NCBI RefSeq assembly: GCF_037042905.1
Contig: NC_087251.1
Span: 31,188,001-31,252,000 of the forward strand
DNA: 64,000 bases
Reading direction: 5' to 3'
Origin: Lytechinus pictus
Taxonomy: Eukaryota
Part shown: positions 52,301-64,000 of the stretch, one piece after another
Numbering within the stretch: position 1 is the first letter of the stretch
How the letters are laid out: each line of letters starts with the position of its first letter
The notes under the pieces: model-generated
Databases searched by the model: none
What the model saw: the letters and a program-made list of their open reading frames with translations, nothing else
What the model was told of the DNA's origin: nothing
Program-made: the position numbers and the translations under genes

Positions 52301-55300
52301 GATATTCTCTTCTCTCTTCATTTCATGATTTCCTGAAGAACATCTTAACATGTTGATTTCAAACAAATTCATTATGAAAAGTACACTTACCATGAACTTC
52401 ATATTGCCTGTGCCCGAAGCCTCAGTGCCTGCCAGTGAAATCTGCTCTGATAAATCACAGGCTGGGATCACTGTATCAAAAAGATAAAAATATCCCAGTC
52501 ACTGATGGGAGACAATTCCTAGGTAACTTTGTATCTTAAACACCATGAGACGGTGATGATGATGATGGTGGTGGGGGTGGTGATGATGATGGTGGTGGTG
52601 ATGATGATGGTGGTGGTGGTGATGGTGGCGAAGATGATTATGGTGGTGGTGATAATGGTGATGACAGTGGTGGTGATGATGAAGGAAATGTCTTTGTGAT
52701 GATGTGATGACAACAGTGTTTAAGACAACAACAACAATAATGTTGATGATTATTATGATGATGATGATGATAATAATGACATCAGGGTCCCGTTTCATGT
52801 AGACTTCTTAATAACAAATGCAAGATTTCTATTACAAATTTACAATCAGCTTATGAGACTGACGGATTTCAGTGGCTTAAACTATTATTGTAAATTTGTT
52901 ATTGTAACAAGTATTATAAAACGGACCCCTGATCTTACACTATCCCATGTCCCTCAGTACCATCTCACAGGTGAATATAATGCCAAAGACAACATCACTT
53001 GATTTCCACAAAGCAACTTATCTAGAGACAGTGATTTTCCGTTTAAAAAAATTGTCTTTTTCGTTTCTGAAAATCTGTAATTCCGTTTCAACGTGATCTA
53101 AAAATGGAAATTCCGTTTTGTCACTGAAAATGTACACAGCAAAAAATTCCATGAATTTTACATGAAAAGAACCAAACGTAATTTCGGTTTTATTTAACGG
53201 TAAAACGGAAAATCACTGTCCCACCTTATCTCCAACTCACCTTTCTCTGCAAGCGAGACTCTGTAATTCTCCAGGAAGATAACCTTGAGTTTGTCACCAA
53301 CGATGGGGTCACTATTGACCACCCTACCAATACTGTTGATGAGATAGATGATCTGTTTGGCCATGTAATACCCTGGAGCAGCCTTGCCACCGATCATCAC
53401 TGTGCGTGGAACAAACTTAGCACTCGGATCCTTCTTGATTCCTGGTGAGAAAAAAATGTAATGGTCAAAAATACATTTCTAGAAATGAAATGCATGAACA
53501 TACACATTAGCAAGAAAATTATACTTGCAACAATGAAAACTGAATAACAGAAGAAACATAAGTTACCTTATACGTGAAAATCAGCTTAATTAGCATTTTG
53601 GATTTTATATTCTCTTTAGAATTAACCATTTGAAACAACAAGAGGTTTATACTCAGCAAGATGGTTTTAGGGGGATAGTCCATCCTTTATTAGTCTAAGG
53701 ATTGGGTATACAAGTAAAAACTATTACTCAAACTCAAGGGCCCGAATTCACAAAGCTGGTTTTGAAAACCCACGGTTGAATCCATGGTTTATGCAGATTT
53801 CCTATATAAATTACGCTTATTTTACCGCATATATAAAAAAATGTCCAATGCGGATGCGCGCTTTTGTCACAGTGTGCCAACTTGATGCCTGTTACCATGG
53901 TTAGATACGGTATTTTATTTATGAGTCCACTATTTTGAATTAATGAGTCCACTCTTCAAATAGTGAACTCATGAATAAAATACTGTATCTAACCATGGTA
54001 ACAGGCATCAATTTGGCACACTGTGACAAAGCGCGCATCAGCATTGGACATTTTTTAATATACGCGGTAAAATAAGCGTAATTTATACAGGAAACCTGCA
54101 TAAACCATGAACTCAACCGTGGGTTTTCAAAACCATCTTTGTGAATTCGGGCTAATATGACTGCTATCAGGGAGCTAAAGGATTACAAAAGCAGAATTGA
54201 GAATTTCCTATGCAAAATAAACAAAATTTTATTTACAAAACCACAAGATAATTTTCACAATACAATTTTCAATCTGTAAAATGCAATGAGTAAACTCACT
54301 GTTATAGAGACAGATGACGTGAAGAGCATTGAGCAGCTGGCGTTTGTATTCGTGAATTCTCTTGACTTGAATGTCAAACATGGAGTCCACATTGATATGT
54401 ACTCCACTGTGTTTCTCAAGGTATTGGGCTAGCTTCATCTTGTTCTCCTAAAGATAGATAGAAAAATGATTATCATTGTTATTTATTCATTATCATATAG
54501 CTTGGTGCCACCTTTGACCAGGATGCAAAAAATGAACTAGATCACTGTGAATTGCAGGTGTTTCTCCTCCTGATATAATCTGACTGGGGGGGGGGGGTGG
54601 AGGTCCACTTCATGCCCCCCCCCACCAGTGACTCTTATTAGAATAGTGGAAAGGGTTCTTAACATGATAAGGTAGTGACTCTCATCTACATAGGGACGGC
54701 AACAAAACCTACATCTGTGAAACAGGGGAGTGGGTTGTCAACACAAGCTTCAGTCTCCTTCGCGGAGAAGACTCAAGCCCCTTATCTTTAATTTGACAGG
54801 CAAACAGGGGGGGAATTGAAATGTAACTTATTCAACATATAGACTAGACAAAATCTGTTGAATTATATAGTCTATGTAGATTCCCTATCAGAATCTGTAT
54901 TAATGATACAGCTTTACGATAAACTTGCAAGGCTTGTTGCTACTCTGATTCGTCTTCTACACAAAATACAAGAGGCGCATGCTTCATGCAATCGATGCGT
55001 ACACACTAGGGCGTACATCAACTTAAAATCAGCGATTGACGTCACCTCAGTGAATATACCGCCACCGTTTACAATACAATGCAGATATATTCACCAAGGT
55101 GATGTCAAAACCTGGAATATAACAAATGCGATCCTTACAGCTATTAATCATGTGGTGTATTGTCCTATCACTGCTTTGAAGCTACATAATACACCCACCT
55201 GTTTGACTCGAGCAACCGACTGGATGAAGGCTCTATCAGAGACATGTTGTTTTAGGCTCTTCAACTGGAACAGGTCGGTTGTCCATTCATCACCGATTTT

Positions 55301-58300
55301 CTGTCAAAAAGAAAGAGAGGCAATGATGTAAGGATGGTAGTAAGTCTAATTACCTGTATTCTGCCCAGTGATATGAACCATCACTCTCTTACTGGTTGTA
55401 GCACAGTGTCATGGGTATGGAAATTTTTGGCAATTTTAAACCATGGCCACTTTAATCATTCTCTACATTTGTCCTTCTTGTTTGGGGCTCTGATTATCAT
55501 CTATATTTAGCTCTGTTTATCTGTGGTCACTTGTTCAATACATATTCCCAAACATCTTTTTTTTTCACACAAAAATTCTGAAATACAATGTTCTATTGTC
55601 TTTAATATCATGAAATGACAACCAAACATTTTCCTTTTCTATTAAAGTTCAGTACCTTCAACAAATCATCAATGTCAGTATTAAAAAAGCAAATTTTTAA
55701 ATAAGTATACACAGATTGGCACCCCTTGGTAAGGAGCTTTAGCCATTAATCCTCTAGTGTTAACAAACATACATTCATGCTTTCTTAATTAACAGGCAAA
55801 ATGGCCACCACCATTCATCAAAATACACCTAAATGCCTAAATATGTAAATATTTTATTTGACCAATGTGAAGATACTTTATCAGAGGCAATGACTTACAT
55901 CGAAAATGGCATCGGATAGTCCGGGGTTACACATGAGCAACCACCGACGAGGAGTAATTCCATTTGTCTTGTTCTGGAACTTCTCAGGATACATCTCGTA
56001 GAAGTCCTTAAACCTATCAACATTAAACCATACAGAGCAAATATTAGTCTAAAGGTATTCTGGAAAAACATAAATTTGAAGAAACTATCAGCTCATTTTT
56101 TGTGGGTAATATTTACCATCCGTCTAAACAACAGGGTTAGTTATAATCTGGTCATTATGCAGGAAAAAAGTAACGTACGAAAAATTTACATATTCATTAC
56201 ATTTCTTTTCGCTAATGTCAGGCAAAATATACATATGCCTTTCCCCAAAAAATATTTCATACTTGACTTTAGCATCAGGGATGCAAGCATGAACCAATTA
56301 AGAATTTGAAAACCTTGCAGTGGTGCCAGAACCTTCTGGTTAGACAATGGTTTAGAGGGTCGAACCATGTCAACACATATTGGATTGCCCCCCCCCCTTT
56401 AATCTTTGTCTGACCAGGGCCCCCATGGAATAAACCTGTGGCTGACTCTATAATTGCTGCATTGAAGATTGCATATGATCAATCGTGACTATCAGCCCAA
56501 TGATCAATTCGGTGGATTCACAATATGGTGCGCCATCTATCGGTTGCAGCGGATAGGCCAATTTCTAACTTCGGGGTCGACATCGCGCGCAGGTGCAGGC
56601 AGCACACAGTGCTAGTGTCCTGTAATATGATTGGCATGCCTCAAAAATGAAAATCATATGGCAAGAATTCACAGAAAACGGTCTAAATTTTGTAAAGAAA
56701 TATGCGGCAAATTTCTCTCCCTGCTCATGGACCCTGATAATCAGCATAATTTCATGCAAGCCGGCCAAGCCACAATGGCCAGGGCAGCATAATCGCATGC
56801 GCTCGTGCGTGCGACAGATGTTGACTTTCTCCCATGAGGCATGGCGAATTTTGGCCTGTCCGCCGCAACCGATGATGGCGCACTGTCTTATGAATCCACC
56901 GCATTGCCAAGCTTTATGTAAAGAGGCCCTGAGCATTCCGGTTCCACCGATTCCATCCATATGAGGTGGTCAGCCTCTATATCAGACTCTACCAACTTAC
57001 ACACTAGACTTGATGAGTTCAGAGTGAATAGCTGCTACACCATTAACAGCGTGTGAGCCTACAATGGATAGATGGGCCATGTTGATACGCTTATCATGGT
57101 CTTCTTCAACGATAGACATACGACGCATGCGGTCAAAGTCTCCTGGGTATCTCTCGCTGACCACCTGAATATTGAATAAACATCAAGGCGATGATATGAA
57201 TGTCACAAACATGATATCAATGTCAAACTTTGATGGTAATGAATATTTTATCAAAATTATTGCTGTATGATAAGAAATGTACATGTACAAACATATTTGA
57301 GAGATTGTTTCCAGGAGTATTGATGTAAATTCTGATTTATTGTGGTGTAAAAAAACAATATTTCATTCCATGACTTTTTCATGACTTTTCCATGACTATA
57401 TTGCTGCTTTCCATGACTTCCCGTGACGTCCCGGGAGTTATGTAGAATTTGGGATGTCACAAAACAGGGAAAAATGGACACCATTAACACCAATTATAAT
57501 AGCAGAGTATGAGTCGTGAGACACAACAAACTGGAAAGCTGCCATAGCCAAGAGGTAAATGCAATTCCATGACTTTTCACAAATTTTCTAATTTCCCTGA
57601 CTTTCCATGACCACTAATTTTTCCAGGATTTTCCATGACTGTGGGAACCCTGGTAATACACAAAACACTAATACTACCATTATTAAAGGTCAAGTCCACC
57701 CCAGAAAGTGTTGATTTGAATAAATAGAGAAAAATCAAACAAGCATTATGCTGAAAATTTCATCAAAATCGGATGGAAAATAAGAAATTTATGATATTTT
57801 AAAGTTTCGCTTATTTTTCACAAAACAGTGATATGCACAACTCAGTGACATGCAAATGAGACAGTCGATGACGTCCCTCACTCACTATTTCTTTTGTTTT
57901 TTATTGTTTGAATTATATAATATTTATTTTTTTACAGATTTGACAATAAGGACCAACTTGATTGAACCATATAGTATTAAACAATGCTAATTCCACATGT
58001 TCAGGGAGAAATTAATCGTTGTTTCACACGACAACAGGGAGAAATTAGGAATATTTCATATTTCACATAATAAAATACAAAAGAAATAGTGAGTGAGTGA
58101 TGTCATCAGTCTCCTCATTTGCATACCGACAAGGATGTGAATATAACTGTTTTGTGAAATTAAGCGAAACTTTAAAATGTAATAACTTTCTTATTTTACA
58201 TCAGATTTTGATGAAATTTTCAGCGTTATTCTTGTTGTATTTTTCTCTTTTTATTCGAATCAACTTTTTGTTGGGGTGGACTTGTCCTTTAAATATATAC

Positions 58301-61300
58301 ACTGCCCTCACAAGGTAGAGATTGAGCATCCACTATCTTACATTCATATGATGCATGTTGACATTATAGATGATCTCAAGATGGCGTGGTAAGACGTATT
58401 CCAGGAGACCGACTGGCCATCTCTCAAGAGCTTCCGGTAGGATGGTATGATTGGTGTACGCAAACGTACGTACAATGATGTCCCAAGCCTGTTAAACAGA
58501 ATATGAATAAGAAACATATTTAGTATTATTATTACCATTTATTATCATTCACTCGATCAAAATAGAATGCACAAGTACAATACAGCACAGGAATGAAATA
58601 ATAATAAAGTAAACCTGTAAAGAACATGGGACTAGTAAATGGGTCGGGGGGGGGGGGGCAAAAGTGAAGTTCAACACTGTCACCCCACACATGCCACTTC
58701 CACTTTATAATCAAAATAGCAGATTTGCTACACAAAATGAAGGAAGACAAAAAGAGATGGATTGGGATTGTTCATTTGCTAAAAATTCTCTAATTTTTTC
58801 TCACAAAAATGCATTGCTATTTTTATAGCAATAAAAGTAAATTCAGCCTATGACTAATTTATTACACAATAAGTGACTAATCTGAGCTTTAAATGCACAT
58901 CCTTTCCATTATGTTGTATGGTAACAATAATGCAAATCACATAATATATGTACCAAAAATATACTGTGACATAAGAGTGAGCACATTCTTGGCTTTCTCT
59001 CTCTCAATAATTTCAATAACTGCGATTGTAAATGCCACTTTCACCTTAAGAGAAAAGTCAATTGAATAGTACAGTAAAGTATTATTTTCCATATAAAAAT
59101 ATAAAAATACAAAACAGAAGGATAGGCCATATCCAGTTTTGTCAATAAGACAATAATATGTTCTGCCATGGGGGTCCATAGAATCTGGATATCAGTGGAC
59201 TTAAACCTTAGTTGTAGCAATCGTTCTGCTTCTTCATTTCTTCACGCACTTTTGAATAGTTTGGACCAACCACATGTAGATGGTGCAACATGAGTGTAGT
59301 ATGTGTATATATCAATCACATGATGACATTGCAGAAACCAGGGGGTGTTTCACAAAGATGTAAGTATGACTTAGAGTCGCACTTAAATGCCTAATTGCAT
59401 GCGGTATAAAAGACATGACCGCACTGATCAGATCGTGCCAAGAGAACGCGTACTACTGCGTATTGATCAATAAGATTGCGCGTTGCATATCATGTACGCG
59501 TCGGCATTAAGTGCAACTCTAAGTCATACTTAAATCTTTGCGAAACACCCCCCAGGACTTCCACCTTACAAAGGAATGTGATTGTTCCAAATGCATGTAC
59601 TCTAAACTATGGAAAGCCAGCAACACCAGGATTCTTCGTCTATAGATTAACACATTAATCCTTTCGTAAACGAGATGTGGACCAAGTCAATGATAAAGCG
59701 CAAGTAATATATTTTAGGCCAAGATTGGAAAGGGCATATTCATTGTGCATTCTGGGTGATGATGTCACTGGCTTCCCATAGTAAGATTGATTCAATCAAG
59801 CACAGTCCTTTGTCAGAAGGTGCCCATGTGAGTTTTCATCAACATCTGATGTCTGACAGATTTTCAGACAAAACTACTTTCCTCAGTTTGCATTAAATGT
59901 ACCTTAAAAGCACAGGTGTCTGACTGTAACACTGGTAAATGTGGGATAGAACAGAGTTTGTCAGATAACTATTTGACAATTCTTTTTTTGAAACTCCCAA
60001 CCCCTGTGTCTCGAGGGTTCCAAGACATTTACTCCGGCAACAACTGCTCTGATGGTAAATCTGCACGTTAAGCCAAACAAAAATCTAACCTCTGGAACTA
60101 AATAAAACTAATTCTTATTTTTACATTATTCTGAACCAAAAACTCCATTACAATCCTAACGCTAACCCTTTGCCCTCTGAGATATTAAGACCAGAGCAAA
60201 TGTGGCAGGAGCAAATGTCGTGTCACCGTCTCCAGGCTATCGATCATCAAGAAACGATGACTCACCTTCTCCCATTCCATTCCTTCAACATCTATTAAGA
60301 TCCTCATCAGCTCTGGGATAGCCAGGGCAGGATGGGTATCATTCAGCTGAATCGCAACCTACAAACATTCAAATACAAATTATTCGTTAACCTAACTTAT
60401 TCATTCATATTATATTTTTATTTTGATTAAAAAAATACAATAAAAATGTACAATCATGTAAAACACAGGAATTTAAAGGATAACAACTCTTTAAAAAATG
60501 GTGAGTAAACCCCAAAAGCATGAAAAGCTTGTGAAACAGTTTCCCAGAATTATATTATGAAACATATAGCAGAATAAAGACTTCAAGATATGAACAAATC
60601 ATGCAAAACAATTATGAACTAATTTAGTCTTCATGTTAATCATTTTAATGTTCGCTCAAGAACTAATGTACTTTTGTTATTTTTGTTTTGGGTCTGATTT
60701 ATGCCTACTCTAGAAGAAAAATAATTATGTATATATATTTTTTTTTCATATACATTTCTTTTTTGGATATATTTATATACATATCACTTATAGATACATA
60801 TTTACACTTACCTTCTTCTCTTAGTTTGTTTAATGCTTTATCATATATACTTATATGTCTTTTGCACATTATCAGTTGTTCCCCATTCCTTTTCTTTTTT
60901 TCCCCCCACTCTTATGCACCAGTTTATTAAGCCTTTCTTTGTAACCTGTTTGACCCACCTCTCACTAATTCTCTTGTTTTTCATCCCATTATCACTGTTT
61001 TGTTCCAGATCCTGTTTGATGTTGCCTGCCTCATTATTTTAATCCCTCTTGGCTTGAGGTCTTTTACTGGCCTTACTTACACTAACTTCCCTTTGTGTCT
61101 GCCTACTCCTTTTCTTTCATCCCCTTCACTAACCTGATTGGTCTTCTCTACTCACTAATGCCCCTTTTGTCTCCTTGTTTCTAGTGTTGCTGTAGCTTGT
61201 TTGTGGTCTATATTATGGTTGTTCCACTTTATATGTTTGTCATTTTGCCTCCGACGAAGATTCTGCTAGGATCGAAAGCTTAGGCCCCCTTTTTGACTTT

Positions 61301-63277
61301 CAAATTTACTCCATTGGCTCTCTTTTATTAGATAAGCAGTTTTCAGCAGCTTCTTTTTGCCATATATATATTTCTGGCGCTTCATACATATATCTCTACA
61401 AATTTACACGACAACAAAAAGAGATATGATTTTAGATGTCTTTTAAAACAATTGTATATGGGCTGGCAAACTGTTCCACAATTTGGAATCACAAAAAGTC
61501 AAAGCCAGCTTCCCCATTTTTGAAACTCTTGGAATGTTTAAGATTGAAGTGCCTTCTCTTAAATGAAATCTGTAACGTGGCTGGTGTGGTGGTTTCACTA
61601 AACTTCTGAGGTATTCGGATGCCAATTTTTGTGCTTATATGCAATCCATGCAATAAATGCTGTATTTTATTTCCAATACTTTGCTTTTTGTCAATTTTTG
61701 TTGTTGTAATGTCATTCCAAAATCTCAAAATGGCCAAAAGGATTTATGTCATTTTGTTTGTTAACACTTAAAATAAGCAAAGAACTCTGAAATCATACTT
61801 TAGATATCACTTATAATCCACAAGTATTTTTTTAAAAATCTTATAACACATAGACTGGTAAGTCAAGTTTGGCAATTCTACATTTCTAGGTTTTTTTCTG
61901 GAAACAGAGAACTATCACAATTTATCACTTTCCAGTTTAGTTGGGGAGTGTTTCATGAAAAAAATATTCAGTGATTTTCACCAACTAAATTGCTCTGAAC
62001 CAATCAGATGTAAGGATTTGTTAGCTTATACTGAAAACAAAGAACTATCACAATTTATCACTTTTCCAGTTTACTTGGAGAATATTTCATGAAACAAATA
62101 TTCAGTGATTTTCATCAATTATGAAAAGTTCCCGATATGAATAGATGAACATACCTTCTCAGGGAAGGTGTCAAAGGTCGTCCTGACAGGATCCCTGCAA
62201 CCAAACCTAGACGACTTGAAACGTCTGATGATATCTTGAAGAGACGCAGTCACCATGAAGTATTCCTGCTTCAAACGCAACTCCTTACCTTCACAGACCT
62301 AACATAAAGGCAAAAAATTACATTTTTTATTTCAAGGGCTACTTTTCACAACTTACTACCCGAATATGCAACACTGGATAAGCTTTCAAATGACAACGAA
62401 TTGGGATTTTCCAGGCTCTTTCTTTGGGGGTGAAATGGAACCATGCCCCCGTGTAATTTTTTCACTGCCAGCATAACAAACTCAGCCAATACAATTCAGG
62501 CAAAAGCTAAAAAAAAGGCCTTAATATCTCAATACCACCAAACCTGCTTTTAGTAACCACCTGTATAGAAGGATCGCCTGTCTTTAAAGAACACATAGTT
62601 GGTTTCCCTTGGATAGATTACCCCATAGAAATATGTATCAAAGGAACTTGCCTATAGAGACCAACTGATCTTTCACTGTAATTTGTTATAAACATCTAAA
62701 TCTATCAACTAAAAACAAGTATTAACATACTATATAAATGACATAATTGTGCAATAGATATGTGCAATATATATATCATAAAATTACATTTAAAAATAGA
62801 TAAAAAGGCATATTAAAAAGTTAAGATGAAACAAAATGAATTCTCACAATTTTATCAGCTTGTGATTTATAGATCAAGTTTCAAAGGTGATTTTATGTAG
62901 GACCATTAAAATTTTCATAGCAAGTTTAGAAAATTGTAAAATTAATGATGATATGAGGATCGGGGGGGGGGGGGGTGTTTCACAAAGAAATCAGTATGAC
63001 TTAGAGTCGCACTTAAATTCCAAGTTGCACATGGTATAAAGGGCATTACCACACTGATCGAATTCATGCTAAGAGAATGCGCGCAACTGCATTTTAATCA
63101 ATAAGGTTGCATGTAACATATTGTGTGCGCATTGGGACTTGAGCATAACTTAAGTCACACTTAACTCTGTGTCACACCCCACTGGAAGACTTACATTGTC
63201 ATTAGGATAGAGTACACGGGTGATGTTTTCTGCTATATTCCTATCAAGTACAGCCTGAACATAGTCACCATCATTGA
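49141..63277 (-). CDS. PYG: Glycogen phosphorylase (PYGM/PYGL/PYGB family), 5'-partial; 14 coding exons in window
   Basis: Manual splicing of 14 GT-AG exons (1766 nt, frame continuous to TAA at 49141-49143) gives family motifs [68 protein letters not shown] (PLP lysine), [18 protein letters not shown]. Confidence 0.98.
49945..50011 (-). CDS. PYG: Glycogen phosphorylase exon (67 nt)
   Basis: ag|.[22 protein letters not shown]|gtaagt. Confidence 0.93.
50041..50263 (-). mobile_element. tRNA-derived SINE
   Basis: Minus strand has Pol III A box TGGCTCAGTGG and B box GGTTCGATCC, then a non-tRNA body and (ATT)n tail. Other SINE-like fragments lie at ~8330-8540 and ~29720-29940. Confidence 0.8.
50654..50788 (-). 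CDS. PYG: Glycogen phosphorylase exon (135 nt)
   Basis: ag|.[44 protein letters not shown]..|gtaagt. Confidence 0.95.
51200..51645. mobile_element. Helentron/DINE-like non-autonomous element
   Basis: Starts aacaagtggaacgcctctggc; asymmetric subterminal inverted repeat gtctcgcctgca / tgcaggcgagac followed by an A-run; internal tandem units; truncated relative at ~25705. Confidence 0.5.
51871..51995 (-). CDS. PYG: Glycogen phosphorylase exon (125 nt)
   Basis: ag|[41 protein letters not shown]..|gtaagt. Confidence 0.95.
52391..52470 (-). CDS. PYG: Glycogen phosphorylase exon (80 nt, PLP-binding lysine)
   Basis: ag|..[26 protein letters not shown]|gtaagt. Confidence 0.95.
52552..52780. repeat. 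Imperfect (GAT/GGT)n trinucleotide repeat, intronic
   Basis: Directly visible. Confidence 0.9.
53028..53220. mobile_element. Short TIR element
   Basis: gacagtgattttccgttt / aaacggaaaatcactgtc perfect 18-bp inverted ends. Confidence 0.7.
53241..53441 (-). CDS. PYG: Glycogen phosphorylase exon (201 nt)
   Basis: ag|..[66 protein letters not shown].|gtgagt. Confidence 0.95.
53740..54152. mobile_element. Fully palindromic MITE (about 200-bp arms)
   Basis: gcccgaattcacaaag...ctttgtgaattcgggc with arms complementary almost to the centre (~53945). Confidence 0.85.
54300..54447 (-). CDS. PYG: Glycogen phosphorylase exon (148 nt)
   Basis: ag|[49 protein letters not shown].|gtgagt. Confidence 0.95.
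55199..55300 (-). CDS. PYG: Glycogen phosphorylase exon (102 nt)
   Basis: ag|[34 protein letters not shown]|gtgggt. Confidence 0.93.
55899..56013 (-). CDS. PYG: Glycogen phosphorylase exon (115 nt)
   Basis: ag|.[38 protein letters not shown]|gtaagt. Confidence 0.95.
57001..57164 (-). CDS. PYG: Glycogen phosphorylase exon (164 nt)
   Basis: ag|[54 protein letters not shown]..|gtaagt. Confidence 0.95.
57687..58288. mobile_element. Non-autonomous TTAA-type (Kolobok-like) element, copy 2, intronic
   Basis: TTAA both sides (57683-57686, 58289-58292); TIR aggtcaagtccacccc / ggggtggacttgtcct. Confidence 0.85.
58342..58488 (-). CDS. PYG: Glycogen phosphorylase exon (147 nt)
   Basis: ag|[49 protein letters not shown]|gtaag. 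Confidence 0.95.
59341..59552. mobile_element. Palindromic MITE family member (relatives at ~62970-63180 and ~6687-6878)
   Basis: gggggtgtttcacaaagat...agtatgacttagagtcgcactta mirrored by taagtgcaactctaagtcatactt...atctttgcgaaacacccc. Confidence 0.8.
60266..60358 (-). CDS. PYG: Glycogen phosphorylase exon (93 nt)
   Basis: ag|[31 protein letters not shown]|gtgagt. Confidence 0.95.
60900..61365 (+). mobile_element. Probable Penelope-like retroelement terminal-repeat fragment; boundaries approximate
   Basis: Pyrimidine-rich tract leading into the hammerhead motif; no RT or GIY-YIG ORF seen. Confidence 0.4.
61247..61285 (+). ncRNA. Minimal type I hammerhead ribozyme motif (Penelope-like element type)
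   Basis: gcct-CCGACGA-a-gattct(gct)aggatc-GAAA-gctt-aggc: helix I gcct/aggc, 6-bp helix II, GAAA box, palindromic loopless helix III (AAGCTT). Core has C instead of U at position 4. Confidence 0.6.
61440..61740 (-). mobile_element. LINE (CR1/L2-like) ORF2 3' remnant
   Basis: [53 protein letters not shown] carries the Y..R..L..P....F....LWN.LP..I C-terminal signature of CR1/L2 RT proteins. Confidence 0.7.
62155..62298 (-). CDS. PYG: Glycogen phosphorylase exon (144 nt)
   Basis: ag|[48 protein letters not shown]|gtatg. Confidence 0.95.
63195..63277 (-). CDS. PYG: Glycogen phosphorylase exon (83 nt)
   Basis: ag|..[27 protein letters not shown]|gtaagt. Confidence 0.95.
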
Positions 63278-64000
63278 CTACACAGAGGATAAAAAGAAAT
63301 GAAAACGAAATCTGAAACCTTCTTAATTTCGTATACAATAAATATAAAACTTAATATATTTTAAACATTACTCCTATGTGTCTGTTAAAGACGATCCTAA
63401 CATATCTTCTAATAAGAACCATCAGCACTTCAAAGAATTCTTCTAGCTTTGCACCCATTTACATTACATGTCTCGAGCATGGCAAATATCAGTATCGGAT
63501 CCAGCCGGATGAGACAATTGGACCACTGTGCACAAACAATATGGCCTGTGAAATTTTATTGTGCCAAACCCTTGCCACTGAATATATTTATTGATAAATA
63601 TTTCTCCAAATGATATTAGAGTGGAGTCAGGATTCTCAACCATATGGATACATGATTGATTGATTACTCAATTTGGTCATAAATTTTCTACATTGAAGGA
63701 TTTCTGATGAGCTGAAACATCTAAATCGTCATTTAGGGCCTCAAATATACACTGTAAGCACAGGCTGCTTTTCAGAGGTCCTGGCTCATTCATATGTAGG
63801 CTATCTGGTTTTTTACTTTGTAACTTCTTGATTGTGTTTTGTTGGAATATAAATTGAAATGAATTAAATCTTCATCATATTCTATTCTAATATAACAAAC
63901 TAAATGTCACAACAGATATATAGAAGCCACAATACTCCTTCAGTGTCAGTTATAATTTGTGTCAACATTGTAGACAGAATAACAACCAATATGAAGGTAA

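Noticed and set aside
54858..55331. 157-aa plus-strand ORF
   Set aside because: Overlaps a phosphorylase exon antisense and intronic sequence; no recognisable domain.

Overview
AT-rich, intron-rich animal genomic DNA; the repeat landscape (poly-G/C tracts, GCGCGAAGCGCG motifs, many short TIR elements, tRNA-derived SINEs) looks like a sea urchin, which is an inference. There are two protein-coding genes. One is a rhodopsin-class GPCR with an intronless CDS on + (30674-31765, NRY motif). The other is the last 14 coding exons of a glycogen phosphorylase on - (63277 to 49141; 5' part lies beyond the window), all with GT-AG boundaries and a continuous frame. The main structure is a nested mobile-element complex. 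An 11.8-kb defective Mutator-superfamily element (13189-24984; 9-bp TSD, foldback-like repeated termini, FLYWCH and MULE remnants) carries a 6.7-kb DIRS-type tyrosine-recombinase retroelement (16134-22856). The DIRS ITRs and internal complementary region are essentially perfect while its coding domains are badly decayed and partly replaced by repeat arrays, suggesting a recently mobile non-autonomous DIRS. Also present: a Penelope-type minimal hammerhead ribozyme motif in a phosphorylase intron, an unusual FF-to-VC change in the phosphorylase 280s loop, an old inverted duplication, a direct duplication that preserves a non-coding exon, candidate antisense non-coding exons around the GPCR, LINE remnants and many MITEs.
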